DNA of 64,000 nt, taken from positions 1,319,308 to 1,383,307 of the forward strand of contig JAHRHZ010000083.1 in assembly GCA_024137785.1 (NCBI GenBank), given 5' to 3'. A program made the position numbers and the translations under genes. Position 1 is the first letter of the stretch; each line of letters starts with the position of its first letter. This document shows positions 50,421-63,721 of this stretch, piece by piece. The notes under the pieces are model-generated. The model made no database searches. It saw only the letters and a program-made list of their open reading frames with translations, and had not been told where the DNA came from. Source of the DNA: Ginglymostoma cirratum. Lineage: Eukaryota.

Positions 50421-53400
50421 GGAAAGGATTTGGATGGGAAGCCATTGGAGGCCAGCAAAAGCCAATTTGTTTGGTGAATGGGACTTGAAGCCCAGAAGCA
50501 GAATGTGGACAAGAGGATTCTGTCTGAACTGAAGTTTGCATAGAATGAAGCTTTAGGTAACAGCAAGGAGATCATTGAGAATTTGAGCCAGGAGCTGATG
50601 AAAACAAGATTAGGAATCTTGGCAGTAATGGAGATAGATGAGGAATGGTGGCAAGTACATTTCAGTTTCTTGGATCTCCACTCCAAAATGTGAGTTTGTA
50701 GTCTTCAGCACTTTGAAAAAAAATGGCTGAATTGTCATTCAGAAATCTGAGTTTAAGATTACTTATCAATTTTATTTCACATTGAGCACCACCAAGCCTT
50801 TGTTGCATTAGTGTTATTTTTCAAACACATCTGTTAGATATTTGCCTTGGGGTTTGGATCATATGATGCAAGAGAATGATTTTACAGTTTTTTTTGTTAC
50901 CAGTGTTATCATCCTCTGGAATTGATTCTGCTTTGAAGAATGGAAACCGACATGACAGGTTCTGATGGAAAGATCTCTTTTTTTCACACTTGCAGTAAAC
51001 TTACTATTAATCTGACTTCAAGAAGGAAGAGATCAAATGAATAGAGTGATTCTCACGCTGCGGTAATTGAACAAATGTGTCTTTTAGGAGCTCAAAAATA
51101 GTAATTTTATCTGTTGTCTTCTACATTGAGCTGCACCATATGCAACTAAATGAAACATGATGTTTTAAAATAATAAATATGTTGTCATTTTGTATATTAG
51201 AGAGTTTGTACTCACTAAATTAGTGGTTTGTTTCAGATATCAGTGCTGTTTTTTTCCTTTGAGTGATTGTAGAGTTCCAAGAACATGAACTGAATTTTAA
51301 AAAATTGCTTCAGTGCGCTTAAGGACATTTTGGACTCTCTAAATTTGTAGCTAAGAGAATAAAGTTGACTGAAGCCTTCTATCCAGATAATGGCACTGAG
51401 ATGACCCTTAACTTCCACCAGCCTACTACATTTAAAACATTTACAAATCCAAACAGTTGTGCTCCTGTTTCAGTTACTGTACACTACATAACCATTTACA
51501 TTAACATGTAAATGGTTCTGTCACACTGGTCTTTAGCTGATCTTCATCTGCAAAGATGAAATGTTATCCAACTTGGCCCTGAGTCAGATGGTCACTGGGC
51601 ACTCAGACAGTGTAACACATAGCTAAGTCCAGGAGAGAAATGAAGATTTTCAGAACAGAACTTGCTTTTGATATGTTGCAGAATACACTGTCATGCCTTG
51701 TGTCACTTCTGTACAGAGCTTTGTTTGTCGATTCAAATGAAGTAATCATTGAGTCACTTTAGTATAGTCCTTTTTCTCAGCAAACACTGATGGATTTAGG
51801 ATAAAAAGAAAGGATTTCAGTTGTGACAGAGGTGCTATACTTTATTTTGCCCACTGATGCTGCAAGTACTTCAGATTTAAGGTTGGTCTTTTGTTGGCTG
51901 AGCTGAACCTTCACTAACTGAAAGAGGTTTTTTTTTCCAAAATCAGTAAAGGCAGATGTGCTATATCATAATACATTGCAGCTAGCAGGAATTACTATAT
52001 TTCCATCTCAATTATTTCAGTCAGTGATGTACTCCGTGGTAGGTTCTCCTTAGCAAATTCATCTTTTCTGCCTGCCATTGCTTGCAAAGCAGACTACATT
52101 TTGCTTATGACTAAGGATGTTTGTATCTCTATTGCTTTTGCAAGGCCTAGTGCATAGCCAGACAAATAATAGTTTGTAAATTCTTGCCGATGGAACATTG
52201 TGGGACAACCCAAACAACTTTAATGATCAACTCTTATAAGAAAATTAATTGCAATACCTACTGCTCCACTTTGTTGCTGTCACTACATCAGTCTGCCAGT
52301 CTGTTACACTTCATTGATGCTAAAATTGTGCCATACATTCTCTTGTTCCTTCCTGCATTGCTGCATTCAGAACATATCTCAGAACATATTTCCCTTTTTG
52401 ACATCCATTGTTCTTTGAAGCCAGTGGCTACAACAAACATTCTGATTTGGATTTTGCAAGGCCTAGTGCAGCAACAAGGTTCTCTGCTGATCCCTAAATT
52501 GCCCAAAAAGAACTAGTGCTATCTGTGCCATGGATTTCCCCTTTGCCTGATGTCAATTTAAATCTGATGCCAAGTCAAAAGATTCTCCAGACTTCGAGCA
52601 ACAAACAATGCATCAACTGGGACAAGCAGCAAATCACTTTGAAGTATCCTCGCAGACAGCAAATCGAGAAGTAAAGTACACTAATTATTCCTAATTTAAA
52701 ATTTTACAGCAAGCATGCTAATTTACTAACAATTATGAATTTGTAAAAAATCTAGTTTCACTTCGTTCAAAAACTGGTCACATTTTCAAAGGTTGCAGGC
52801 AAGGCTAATAACATAAAAGTAAGATTTTCATTAGTTCAAAGATTGAAGACTGGGGAAAGTCAACAGTGTACCTGACAGGGAAGTGTAAAATCACTAACAA
52901 CTTCAGGATTTCGATGTTGAGATTGCACATGTGTTGATTTCTAAAGCTGCTGTTAATGACTGCTCTTACTGATAGTTTTGCTGTCATTTCTACTGCAAAA
53001 TCTGCGTCAGTGACCTCCCCATTGCTAATAACTATTGCTGAATTGAGTAGCTGAGCTCTCCCATGACTGCATGTCAGTGCACTTCCTCTCATCAACTCAA
53101 CAAATTTTGATTAAGACCAGAGTCAACACAGAATAAATGTGCTTATGTTTTTATAACACCTTACTGACCTTTGAGATGTCTTGTAAAAAGTCCTTCCTAT
53201 TTCTCTGGTATCCTAAGAGTCAAGCCCCCAATCACAAATCGGTGTTTCCAGAAGGTCTTGAGTTAAAGGCTGCTCAGAACTTGAGCACATAATGTAAGCT
53301 GATGTTTCAGTGCAAGTTTGCTGCATTTTCACAGGTATCTTCCTCTGAATGAAATCATCAACCCTTATGCCCCTTCAGTCCGCTCAGGTGGACAGAAGCG

Positions 53401-53739
53401 AATATTGAATTGGTTGGTGTGTGGTGGTGGGGAGATGCAAGCCTCTGAACAACTGTGAAGATGAGGATAAAGATTTTAAGTTGGATGCATTGACTCTTTG
53501 GGAAACTGTCAGCAAGATTGGGGGTTGATGTCTTTTGGACAACTTAAGAGTTTATGTAGTATGAAAGTTGAAAAAGCGGTGTGGAAGATGTTAGAATAAT
53601 CAAATTAAGTATGATGTTTGTGCTTAGTTTTCTGAAATTTCTGCGTTAGTGGCAAGTGCCAAAAGCAATGGCTTCTGTCTTCCCAGTGCACAGCTTTCAG
53701 ATATATTGTCTTGATTTAATATTTAATTTTATCGAGGCA

Positions 53740-55420
53740 GTCATAGAGGTCCACAGCAGAGAAGAGGCCCTTTGGTCCATCAAGTCTGCGTCAGTCAAGT
53801 GCAGTCACCTAACCTTCTAATTCCATTTTCCAGCACTTAGCCTATAGCCTTGTGCATTTGTAACGCCAAGTCATACATTTAATACTACATAAGTATCATG
53901 AGAGTTTCTACCTCTGCCACCCTTACAGACAATGAGTTCTAAATTCCCACCACCCTTTGAGTGTAAAATGTTTTCCTTTCATCCCTCTAACCTCCTGTCC
54001 CTTAGCATAAATCCAAGCCCCCTGGTCATTGATCCATCCACCAAGGAGAGAAAATTCTTCCCATCTACTCTGTTTATGCCATTCATAATTTTATACACTT
54101 CAATCACTTCCCTGCCACCGCCCCTCGTTTCCTCTGCTCCAAGGAAAACAACTCCAGTCTGTTCATAAATATAACTCTCCAGGCCAGGCAACATTCTGGT
54201 AAATTTCTTTTGCACTCTCTGCAGGGCAATCACATTCCTGCTTTAATGTGCATTCCAGAACTGCACGCAATACTCTATCTGTTGCCTAACTAACCTTTTA
54301 ATCAGTTTCAGCATAATCTCCCTGCTCATAAATTCTCTGCCTCGGCTAATAGAGGCAAGTATCCCATATGCCTTCTTTACCATTTTACCTACCTGTCCCA
54401 GAATCTTAAGGGACCAGAGTACATGCATGCCAAGGTCCTCCTGATGCTTAGTGCTTCCCAAGATCCTACTTTTCATCATGTGTTCGCTTGCTTTCTTTGT
54501 CTTGCCCATGTATGTCACCTCTCACTATGTGAAGTGCCACTGATCAGCTGAACTGACCAGCCCAACTATATCCTCCTGTAATCTAAGACTATCTTCCTCC
54601 CTATTTACCCACCTCGCTTATTTTTGTGTTATCATGAACTTACAAATCAACCCACCTACATTCGGGTCTAAATCCTTAATATATACTACAAACAGCAAGG
54701 GCCCTAATAATGATCTCTGCAGAACCTCATTGGACGCAGGCTTCTGCTCACAAAAACAACCCTCGGCCATCATCCAATGCTTCCTGCCCCTCACCTAATT
54801 TCTGAAACAATTAACCAAATTTCCTTGGATTCCATGGGCACTTACCTTTGCTGTCGATCTCCCACAAAGCACCTTAGCAAAAGGTTTGCAGAAGTCTAAG
54901 TAGACTGCATTGAATGCATTGCCCTCGTCGACATACCTGGTCACGTCTTTGAAAAGTACAATCAAGTTGATCAGAATGAAGTCCCCTTAACAAAACCAAG
55001 CTGTTCTTGATTAATGCCCGTTTTTCCAGTGCAGATCAGTTCTATTCCTCGGAATTGCTTCTGATAGCTTCCACACCACTGAGGTTAGACTGACTGGACT
55101 GTAGTTTGCTGGTTTAACCCTTGCTCCCGTCTTGAATAATGGTACCACGTTGCTGTCCTCCAGTCCTCTGGCACCTCTCCTCCGGCCAGAGAGGAATTCA
55201 GAACTATTGTCAGAGCCCTTGTTATTTCCTCACTTGCCTCACTCAGCAGCCTGGCATATATTTCACCTGGCCTTAGAAGTTTACCACTCAGCACTTCGTC
55301 TCTGCCTGTGCTAATTTCTTCAAACATATCACAATTCTCCTTCCTGATTTCTTTACCTACATCACCCCTCTCACCTGTGAACACCAATACAAAGTATTCA
55401 TTAAAAACCCTATTTTCATT
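53740..55420 (-). mobile_element. Decayed CR1 LINE ORF2 (RT) fragment, ~1.7 kb
   Basis: Minus-strand ORF peptides GEVPEDWRTA, KAYGILASISRGREFMSREIML...IEYCVQFWN and ALQRVQKKFTRMLPGLE. Confidence 0.92.
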
Positions 55421-55501
55421 CAAATGTTTAATTTCAATGGTTGGAACTGAAACTTGAGATTCAAGCACCAACATGATATACCCTTAGGTGTTTCTAGGTA
55501 C

Positions 55502-55615
55502 TTTTCTAATCAGCCTGTTCAGAGATATTATGACACACCTCTGAAGCAGGTGGGTCTTGAACCCAGGACTCCTGGTCCAAAAATAGGGATGCTGTAACTG
55601 CATCACAAGAGTCCC
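55502..55615 (-). mobile_element. Short tRNA-derived SINE (family B)
   Basis: Minus strand reads gggactcttgtgatgcagtt...gggttcaagacccacctgcttcagaggtgtgtcataa. Confidence 0.65.
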
Positions 55616-55749
55616 ACTTGTCTGAAAGCTGTTGATTAGGTGGAGACTTTCAGCTCATCCCTTAGCTGATCATACTGTTGCCAAGACTTAGGAAATGGAT
55701 AAGGAAGAGGAGGTTCTGAGAATGGATTCTTGACATGCTTTGGTATGTT

Positions 55750-55945
55750 ATGGGGGTCAGTTAGCTCAGTTGCCTTCTTGGCCAATTTGCAATGCAGAGT
55801 GATGTCAGCAACATGGGTTCAGTTCCCACGCTGACTGAAGTTACCATGAGGGACTTCCTCCTCTACTTTCCCCTCATCTGAGGCATGGTGACCCTCTGGT
55901 TAAGACTCCACCCGTCATCTCTCTCTGAGAGAGCAGCCATAGCGG
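55750..55945 (+). mobile_element. tRNA-derived SINE (family C)
   Basis: A box ttagctcagttg, B box gggttcagttccc, then tgaggcatggtgaccctctggttaa and ctctctctgagagagcagcc. Confidence 0.65.
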
Positions 55946-57667
55946 TAGGTTATAGTTTGAGTGGGAGGAAAAGTCACAGCTGAAGTTTCGATGGCTTTAA
56001 ACGCATATGCAAAAGAAGTCTGTAGAGGTGAACAAAGGATGAGAGCTCAAGAAAGTATTTGGCGTGGTCACATGCCTCAGATACTTCAGGGAGTTGAAGG
56101 AGGACAAGAAGAAATAAGACACCATTGTTATGTTTAAAGAGATTGACTTAAGTAAGTTCCACTAGAGTTGGTTTAGGTGCTGTGAAATGAGTGGAAATTG
56201 GGAGATGAGTGTAGCAATGAGTGGAATGACAGTTCAAGACTTCAAAGAGGAAAGGAAAGTAAACAATTTGTTGGCATACAGTACAAAAGATTTAAGGGCA
56301 GATTTTTGAGTGTGAATTATTGATGAACAGTTTTGAATATTTAACACTGGAACTGGAGGAAAGGCAACTGTCAACAATGTGAGCCACCACAAGGACCAGA
56401 AGGACTAATTTACTACCTGATGTGGATTAGGATGCTGACGAGGAGGATGTAGTCAGTTGTCCATAATAGGGATCAGTTCTGTAGGTATGATTACAAGAAC
56501 AAGATGGAAAAGCAATTTAGAAGTGATAACAGCGCAGACTTTGAGTGGATCTAAGGTGGTGGGAGGTTGTGGTCAGAGTGTGGGAGAGGGAGTTGTGAAA
56601 ATAATGGACAGCTATGTGGATACGTTTGGTCTTTTGAGATCTGAGAGCAGCCATGAGTTCTTTGGTCCTGTCCCTCCATTCTCAAATCAGTGTGATTGGG
56701 GGTGGGGAAGGGGTTTTAGTTTGCTTTGGAGAAGAGGAAGCTCATGTTGCTTCCACCCTCTAGGATCATTTTATGCATAAGTATACGTAAGCATGCATAC
56801 TGAGTTAAAGTGCAATGGTCATGACAGTATTTGTGGCAACATCCCACAAACAACAATAAGGATGACAAGAGAGCTGTTTCTAGTGGCACAAATTAGAGGA
56901 GGTGCATTATGACACTGGGATAGCATCCTGAGCAGACATAAAGAATCTCACCTGAGTTCAGCAAGTTCATTAATACCGTCAATACTATTAACTTAGGTTA
57001 GGATCTCAAACTCTGAGTATTGGACTTCTCAACCAGCTGACTCCGATACTACAAATAATCTGCACAAATAAATTCTGGCAGATAAGTGTAGACACCAGCA
57101 TTTAAAAAGAAGGAATGTTCTACAGGTTAGATATCTTGTTGTTCTCTGCTTTATGATATGTGGGACATTAGGCCATTAATTGGAAGCTTTTCAAAATACA
57201 TTTTCTTTGTTACTTCTGTTTGTACTAAACATTTAGCCTTTTTAAAATGTCAAAACCTATTTATTTTTCTACAATTAAACACAGTTGAGATGCCCTCTTC
57301 GTTTATCCCAATTTGACCCTGTTAATACGTTATTGTGATTGAAATTAGTTAAGACAGATTTAGAATTTTGTTCTGAAATATTTTGCCCTTGGAATAAAAG
57401 CGAAAGGCCAAAGGGTCTCGTTTGTCTCCTCTGGAAGGCTATAAAGTGAGAGAAGTTTAATTTAAACAGTCAATTTCTGCATTCGATGGAAACCATGAAT
57501 AGTTAGTTAAATCTTAGTTAATGATCCTAAGAATGTTAATTTTAACTGTATGGATTTCACAGACATCTGTCATGAGTAATGACTTGATAAGTGTTAACTT
57601 TTCAGCATTACCATGTTTAATTTATATTATCGAACTTACCCTACTCGAAGCAGTTAAAATAATAAAT

Positions 57668-57990
57668 TGCCTTATATAATGTCTTCACAACCCCAAAACA
57701 TTCTAAAGTACTTTACAGCCAATTAAGTACTTGAAGTGTAATCAATGCTGTAAATGTAGGAAATGTGCAGTCAACTTGTATACAGTAAGCTTCCAAAAAC
57801 AGCAGTGGGATAAATGACCAAGCAATCTGTTTTATTGATGTTGCTTGAGCCATAAATATTGGCTGGGAATGCTGGGAGGAAATAACTATCTTTTCTTCAT
57901 ATATTGCCATGAAATCTTTTACATTCATCCTGAAGAGGGTCTCCATTTATTTGCCACACTCAAATATGGTAGCTCCACGACTGCAAGAGT
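57668..57990 (-). mobile_element. Deu-type SINE
   Basis: ctttacagccaattaagtacttgaagtgtaatcaatgctgtaaatgtaggaaatgtgcagtcaacttg is the reverse complement of the recalled Deu core and tail. Confidence 0.65.
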
Positions 57991-59399
57991 GCTTTTGTTG
58001 ACTGAAGGCAATTCTGTCATAACCTTCGATCCCTGTCTAGTGCAGATTGCTCACTTATATCTTAGAGTAGATTCTATTGCTGGCTAGAAAGGTTGTTTTA
58101 AAAATAGACTTAAATTTCTTCAATACTGAACATTAGAGATGTACGAGAGGAGTTATCATAGACCTGTGTTTTGTCTTAAACAGAAGGCATTTTTGCATTG
58201 CCTTTGATTTACAGCACACCCCTATATAGATCCAGCCACCTTGACCTACTTTGTGGCTTTAAGTTTAAAAACTGTTTGCAGAGCAGAAAGACAGATTTGG
58301 CATATGTGCCAGTTCATAGCTATTGAAGTCGAAAATTGATCCCAGAGCTCCACACTCTGCTCTTCATTCTGTCAACTTCTGTATCAAATATTTATACTAT
58401 TTTCTTTCCAAAGATGCAATGGCCTCCGCTTTGATCACTCCTTTAGCAATGTGTTACATGTTCCTACAGTCTCTGTATAAAAAAAAATTCTCCTAATCCC
58501 CCTCATTCTTTGATAATTCTAAATTTCCAACAGCTTTTAAAATCCCACGAGATGCATTTAGCATAAACTTGCTTCTTAATGATAGGTTTTAAATTAGAGT
58601 TGACACCTACTAAAATACTAGAGTACAATAAAAGTTCTGGGTTTCTTCTCTATGCTTTTGTACAGATGCTACATTTTCAGAAATATTATTTCGCCCATAT
58701 ATGATAGCTTCATTTATGAACTAGAATTTAAGTTCAATTCGCAGTTCTTTACTGGGTAGTAATGCTTACATGGATAATGAATCAAAGGGCATGACTAGCT
58801 GATCTGAATTAGAGATAATATTTAGCATTGCAGTGACAATTGTTCACTCTGGATTTGTGATTTAAGATATTTTGCAATGATGTGACTGAATTAATAGTTT
58901 ACAACTGAGATTACATACAATGGATCATAGAGTAGTTTCAACACACATGGAGGCCATTCGGTCGGTTCATCAATCTCGCTCGTTGGAAGATTAACTCCCA
59001 AAACAAGTTTTTTTAAAAAAAGAGCAGCATCCTGGCCAGTCAGCAGTCAACATACCCTTGACCTGTGGTATTGGCCAGCATTGCTGTTTGTCTCCTGGAA
59101 TATAATTTGCAGCCTGTTGAGTAGTGATATCAGTACAGTCTGGGATCCAGTGCTGTTTCCTACGTAATCTGTTAGCTTTAATGATAAAGTGCAAAAATGT
59201 CATTATGGAATTCATTTATCTCAGCAGCCTTAGAAAAGTTGTAGTACAAGATCTCTGTTTAGCAACCAGACCTACTCCAGCTGAGCAATCCACATTTCCA
59301 AACTTGCAACAAATTCCAAAGTGCTTTGTTGAGGTGTATTGGGGTTATGACATGAGGAAAATGTTCAATGTGTTAACATTACTTTAAGCAGGCATACAG

Positions 59400-59500
59400 C
59401 AGATGTGGCAAAGGTCATTGGCCTCGTGCGTTAACTGCCGTTTTCTCTTTCTACAGATGCTGCGACCTGAGTATTTCCAGCAGTTTTAATTTTTTTTCCA
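59400..59500 (+). mobile_element. Strongly decayed copy of the hammerhead-associated short element
   Basis: aaaggtcattggcct...cgttaact...ctacagatgctgcgacctgagtatttccagcag parallels 4897-4982. The core nucleotides are lost. Confidence 0.5.
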
Positions 59501-60532
59501 ATTTAAGTATCCACAATAATTGGCTTTCATTCTAGTGCCAATTAAAGGTGGTTTTATCAACACAAAAAGTGCTTCTAATGGCCACGTTTCTTTACATCAT
59601 CCAAACAGCTTTTTGGAACCTGAAGATTAAATGTGATTTGCCAATGAAGTGCAATGGGAACATGTTGAAGGACATGTCATAAATAAGTGCATTTTGCTCC
59701 TTAATTTAAGTAGAGTTCAGACTGTACCTGTTATTTGAAAGATCAAAAAACTAATTTTGCTTACTTCCTAAAGGTTGCAAAACTGCAACTACAGGAACCT
59801 TTTGATTTAAGAGACAAATGTGTGAATTTCTGAAAAACTGGAATCAACATTTGGAAAAGAAATGGATCTTCTAAAGGTGGCGTGGATTTGTCTTGCATTC
59901 CAAAGTTGGATTACTTATATTAATATCCAATGCATTTCAATATTGTGCTGTTTCATCTGATCACTGAAATCAAATTTTTGTACTGGGTATGGAAAAGAAA
60001 ATATCTGCCTTCCCATAACTTGACTATCAAATTGGAATTTATTACCTGTGGATATGTATGCTGGGTAAGAAAGGAGACACTCCCCCAGTGAAATGAAGAC
60101 TTTGATCAAGTGCTGAAATAAAGAATTTTGTCTTGCTACTTGTGCACAACAGTTGTGTTGTGAAGGATACCTAACTTGTAAAGAGTGCAGTAAGTTGTAT
60201 TCACATTTTATGTTTGCAGTGGTTCATATATTTTATAATTGTCAATAAATACTTGGCAAAATTTCCTTGCTTCTAAAGTGAGTGTGGTAACATAGCATGA
60301 GACTGTATTTAATCCAGATTCTCTAATTAGCTGGTTCTTAATTCTCTTTGTCGTACAAATATCCACAAGGAGCAAGGAAAGGTAGTGAAAATTCCTGAAT
60401 TTTTGGGACAAAATCTTCTGACAGAACTGCTGTGAAATGGTTTTATGAAAATCTCCATTTATAACAGGCACTGAAGTGGACTTTATTATCAACCTCATAA
60501 TAATGATTATGACCTTGTCATATTATTTGTAG

Positions 60533-60584
60533 AATAAAGGCCACCACCACAATCAGGGCGACCACTTTCCAACAGATGGATTTG
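60533..60584 (+). CDS. HELZ: HELZ short internal exon (52 nt)
   Basis: Boundaries ttatttgtag|AATAAA ... TTTG|gtaagt. Peptide NKGHHHNQGDHFPTDGF(V). Phase 0 to 1 is exactly what joins the flanking exons. It resembles the recalled human segment GKSLHHTQNDHFQNDGI. Confidence 0.88.
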
Positions 60585-60649
60585 GTAAGTTAGCTTTAAA
60601 TGGTTATTGTCTTTTTTTTAAAATAACGTCGTATAATAACTCCCAATTT

Positions 60650-61335
60650 CCCCCATTATCAACATGGGGGAGTTGGGGGGGGGGGGGGGGGGGGATGCTT
60701 ACCATTCCCCAGAAACTGAACAGAACCAGTCATGTAAATACTGTGGCTACAAGAGCAAATCCAAAGCAAGTAACTCTTTTCCTGACTCCCCCAAACTCCA
60801 TCCACAATATACACAGTACAAGGTAGGAGTGTGATGGAATATGCCCCACTTGCCTGGATGAGTGCAGCAACTAAGAAGCTTGACACTGTCTAGGACAAAT
60901 CAGCCTGTTTGATTAGCACCACATCCACAAATATATCTACTCCCTTCACCACCAATGGGCATTAGCAGTGATGTATGCCATCTACAAGATGCACTGCAGA
61001 AGTTCACCAAGGATTCTTAGACAGTACCTACCAAACCACAACCTCTATCATCTAAATTAACAAGGATAGTAGACATATGGGAATACCAGCACCTGCAAGA
61101 TTCCTCCAAATCTCATGCCATCCTAATTTAGAAATATATATTTCTATTCTGAGTGTGGCTGGCTTAAAATTCTGGAACACTCTCTTCCCCGACAGCATTG
61201 TTAGTGTGCCTACGCCAAATGAACTGCAGATGTTCGAGAAGCAATGCTGACTCCCATTTTCTCAAGGGAAAATAGAAATGGGCAATACATGCTGGCCCAC
61301 CCAGCAGAGCCTACATCCAATGGATGAATTTTTAA
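60650..61335 (+). mobile_element. L2/CR1-group LINE 3' fragment, ~65 bp downstream of the 52-nt exon
   Basis: aggagtgtgatggaatatgccccacttgcctggatgagtgcagc...atgggaataccagcacctgcaag...gggcaatacatgctggccc. Confidence 0.8.
60675..60694 (+). repeat. G20 homopolymer
   Basis: Twenty consecutive G, preceded by ggggg agtt. Confidence 0.9.
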
Positions 61336-61837
61336 AACTCAAACAAAATTGATTTTTTTTTTTTGTTGGAGTGCCATAATTAGTATTCAGAACCACAGGG
61401 TTGGTTTGCTTTCAACAAATTAATAGTTTTAAATCTGAGAATAAAATGTTATCTGATGTTGGACGTACCTTGACTTCCATGCATAAAAAGTGGAGAGAAA
61501 GGAGCAGGCAGTTTGCTTAAACTGATATAGGTTTCCTAGCGTACTGTCAGTTATTACAGATCATGATGAGCTGAGTGACACAAACCCCTATTTTAATATT
61601 AACCTCCTGTGTATACCTGGCCTGCTGCTTCAGACATCATGGCAGGTATACTGTGCACCTTCCAGATTTTGTGAATGCAGATAATGCAATAAATAGGAAC
61701 ACTATAAAGCATGTGAATACTTACCCCTCTTTCTGCAGGACAATTGTAGGAATTGCAGTATGTGAAGGCTAGGAAAACAAGACTAGGATGGATTTTGTGT
61801 TTTGCTGATAATCTAGAATTAATTTATTCAAATTTAA

Positions 61838-62044
<207 letters not shown>

Positions 62045-62964
62045 TAAAACCTGAACAGATCAAATGGATTTGTAATCAAAAATGTGATTTATTCTTCTAT
62101 CTCTTTCTACAATTTTATCTTTTATATGCTGAATTAATTTCAAACTGTATCAGTTATCAGAACATATGTACTGCAACATTCTCAGCTTAAAATAGTTATG
62201 TAGTAATCATTTGGTTAGGTAAATAGGCTTTGAGGATATATTTTTATTAAAATGCTGTTTAAAAGTCCAGGCATCCTTATTTTGGATTCCTCACATCTGG
62301 CCTCAAACAGTAGTGATTGACTGTTTCTTTGAGCTGAGACCACTGGAGATTTGAAAGGTGGCACATTGTTGAAGACTACTGTACAAAGTGGTCAATGGTG
62401 CTAGCAGTAGGAACCAGTATGACTGAAGGCTGAGCCCTCAGTAAGAAGGGACTAGATGTAAAGCCTGAAGAATAATCTGAAAAGAATGCTTTATGACAGA
62501 CATGAGGATGGATTGAATTGAGAAACACGCCCGAGTGAATTTCTGAGAAGTGCATTTCACGTTAAAACATGAAATGATCTGAATGGAAATTAATTATATA
62601 GTTACCTGTTCAGTTGGCCTGTCATACTACGTTTTCAATTTTGTTGATTTTTTAAAAAATGTATGTTACTGTCATAAATAAATTACTCAAGTCATTGAAA
62701 CTGGCTTTCACCTGTCCTTTGAAATGTTGCCAACTAATCAAGGGATTTAAGGCAGATAATTTACCCAAGCATTGCCCCATAGCTGAAATATACAATACAT
62801 TTACAGTTGGTCCAAAGCTTTGGAATAAGTACCAATATGGATTTATACAGAGGTTTTCATTAACAACACACCAAATATCAACTGTCCACTTTGACCAACA
62901 ATTAAAGATCATTTCATAAGCTGTCACATAGAAGGTTACTATAATTTGTTCATGAGATGTAAAC

Positions 62965-63435
62965 ATTGCCAGCTAGGCATGAATTTACACAATGCCATTA
63001 GTGAGGGAATTCCAATGTTTGACCCAGCGACAAAGAAAGAACGTAGATTATATTTCCAACTCAAGATGGCACTGGTTTGGAAAGGAACTTGCAGATGTTC
63101 CCATGTATCTGCTGTCCTTTTCCTTCAAGTTTGTAGAGATTGTGGGTTTGGAATGTATTGTTTAAGGTGCCTTGGTGAATTTCTACTTTGCACCTTCTGA
63201 ATGGTGCACACTGCTGCCACTGCACTTCAGTGCTGCTTGGAGTGAATATTTATGAATGTGATGCTACTTTGTCCTGGATGATGTCAAGCTGCTTGAGTGT
63301 TGTTGGAGTTGCACTTATCCAGGCAAGTAAGGAGCATACCATTACATGTTTAACTTGTACCTTGTTTTTGAGAATTCAGGAGGTGAGTTTCTCAATGGAG
63401 TATTCCTAGCCACTGACCTGCTGTTCTAGCCAGAT
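62965..63435 (-). mobile_element. L2/CR1-group LINE fragment
   Basis: gagggaattccaatgtttgacccagcg...gttcccatgtatctgctgtcc...ggagttgcacttatccaggcaagt, the reverse complement of the 60650-61335 copy. Confidence 0.75.
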
Positions 63436-63721
63436 TTACCTGTTGAACCAGGTTCACCTCCTGAATCATTGGTTATGGTACAATGGGGGATACGCCACAA
63501 CCAGAGGTAGCAGAATTGTACTAAAACACAATCTGCAGCTACACACAGCACCTCATGGATTAATCTTGATTTTGCTAGTCTTTTTAAAATGTTAAACCAG
63601 TCAGCTCAGTGGTGGTGATGCCGTACACTGAGAATATCCTCAATGTGAAGATGGGAATTTTTCACTTCAAGGACTCGTATGGACCCTGTTACTCTTATTG
63701 ATGGCTATGTATCAAGCAGAT

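Noticed and set aside
60659-60886. Minus-strand ORF ending in poly-proline
   Set aside because: The prolines come from the G20 run inside a LINE fragment.
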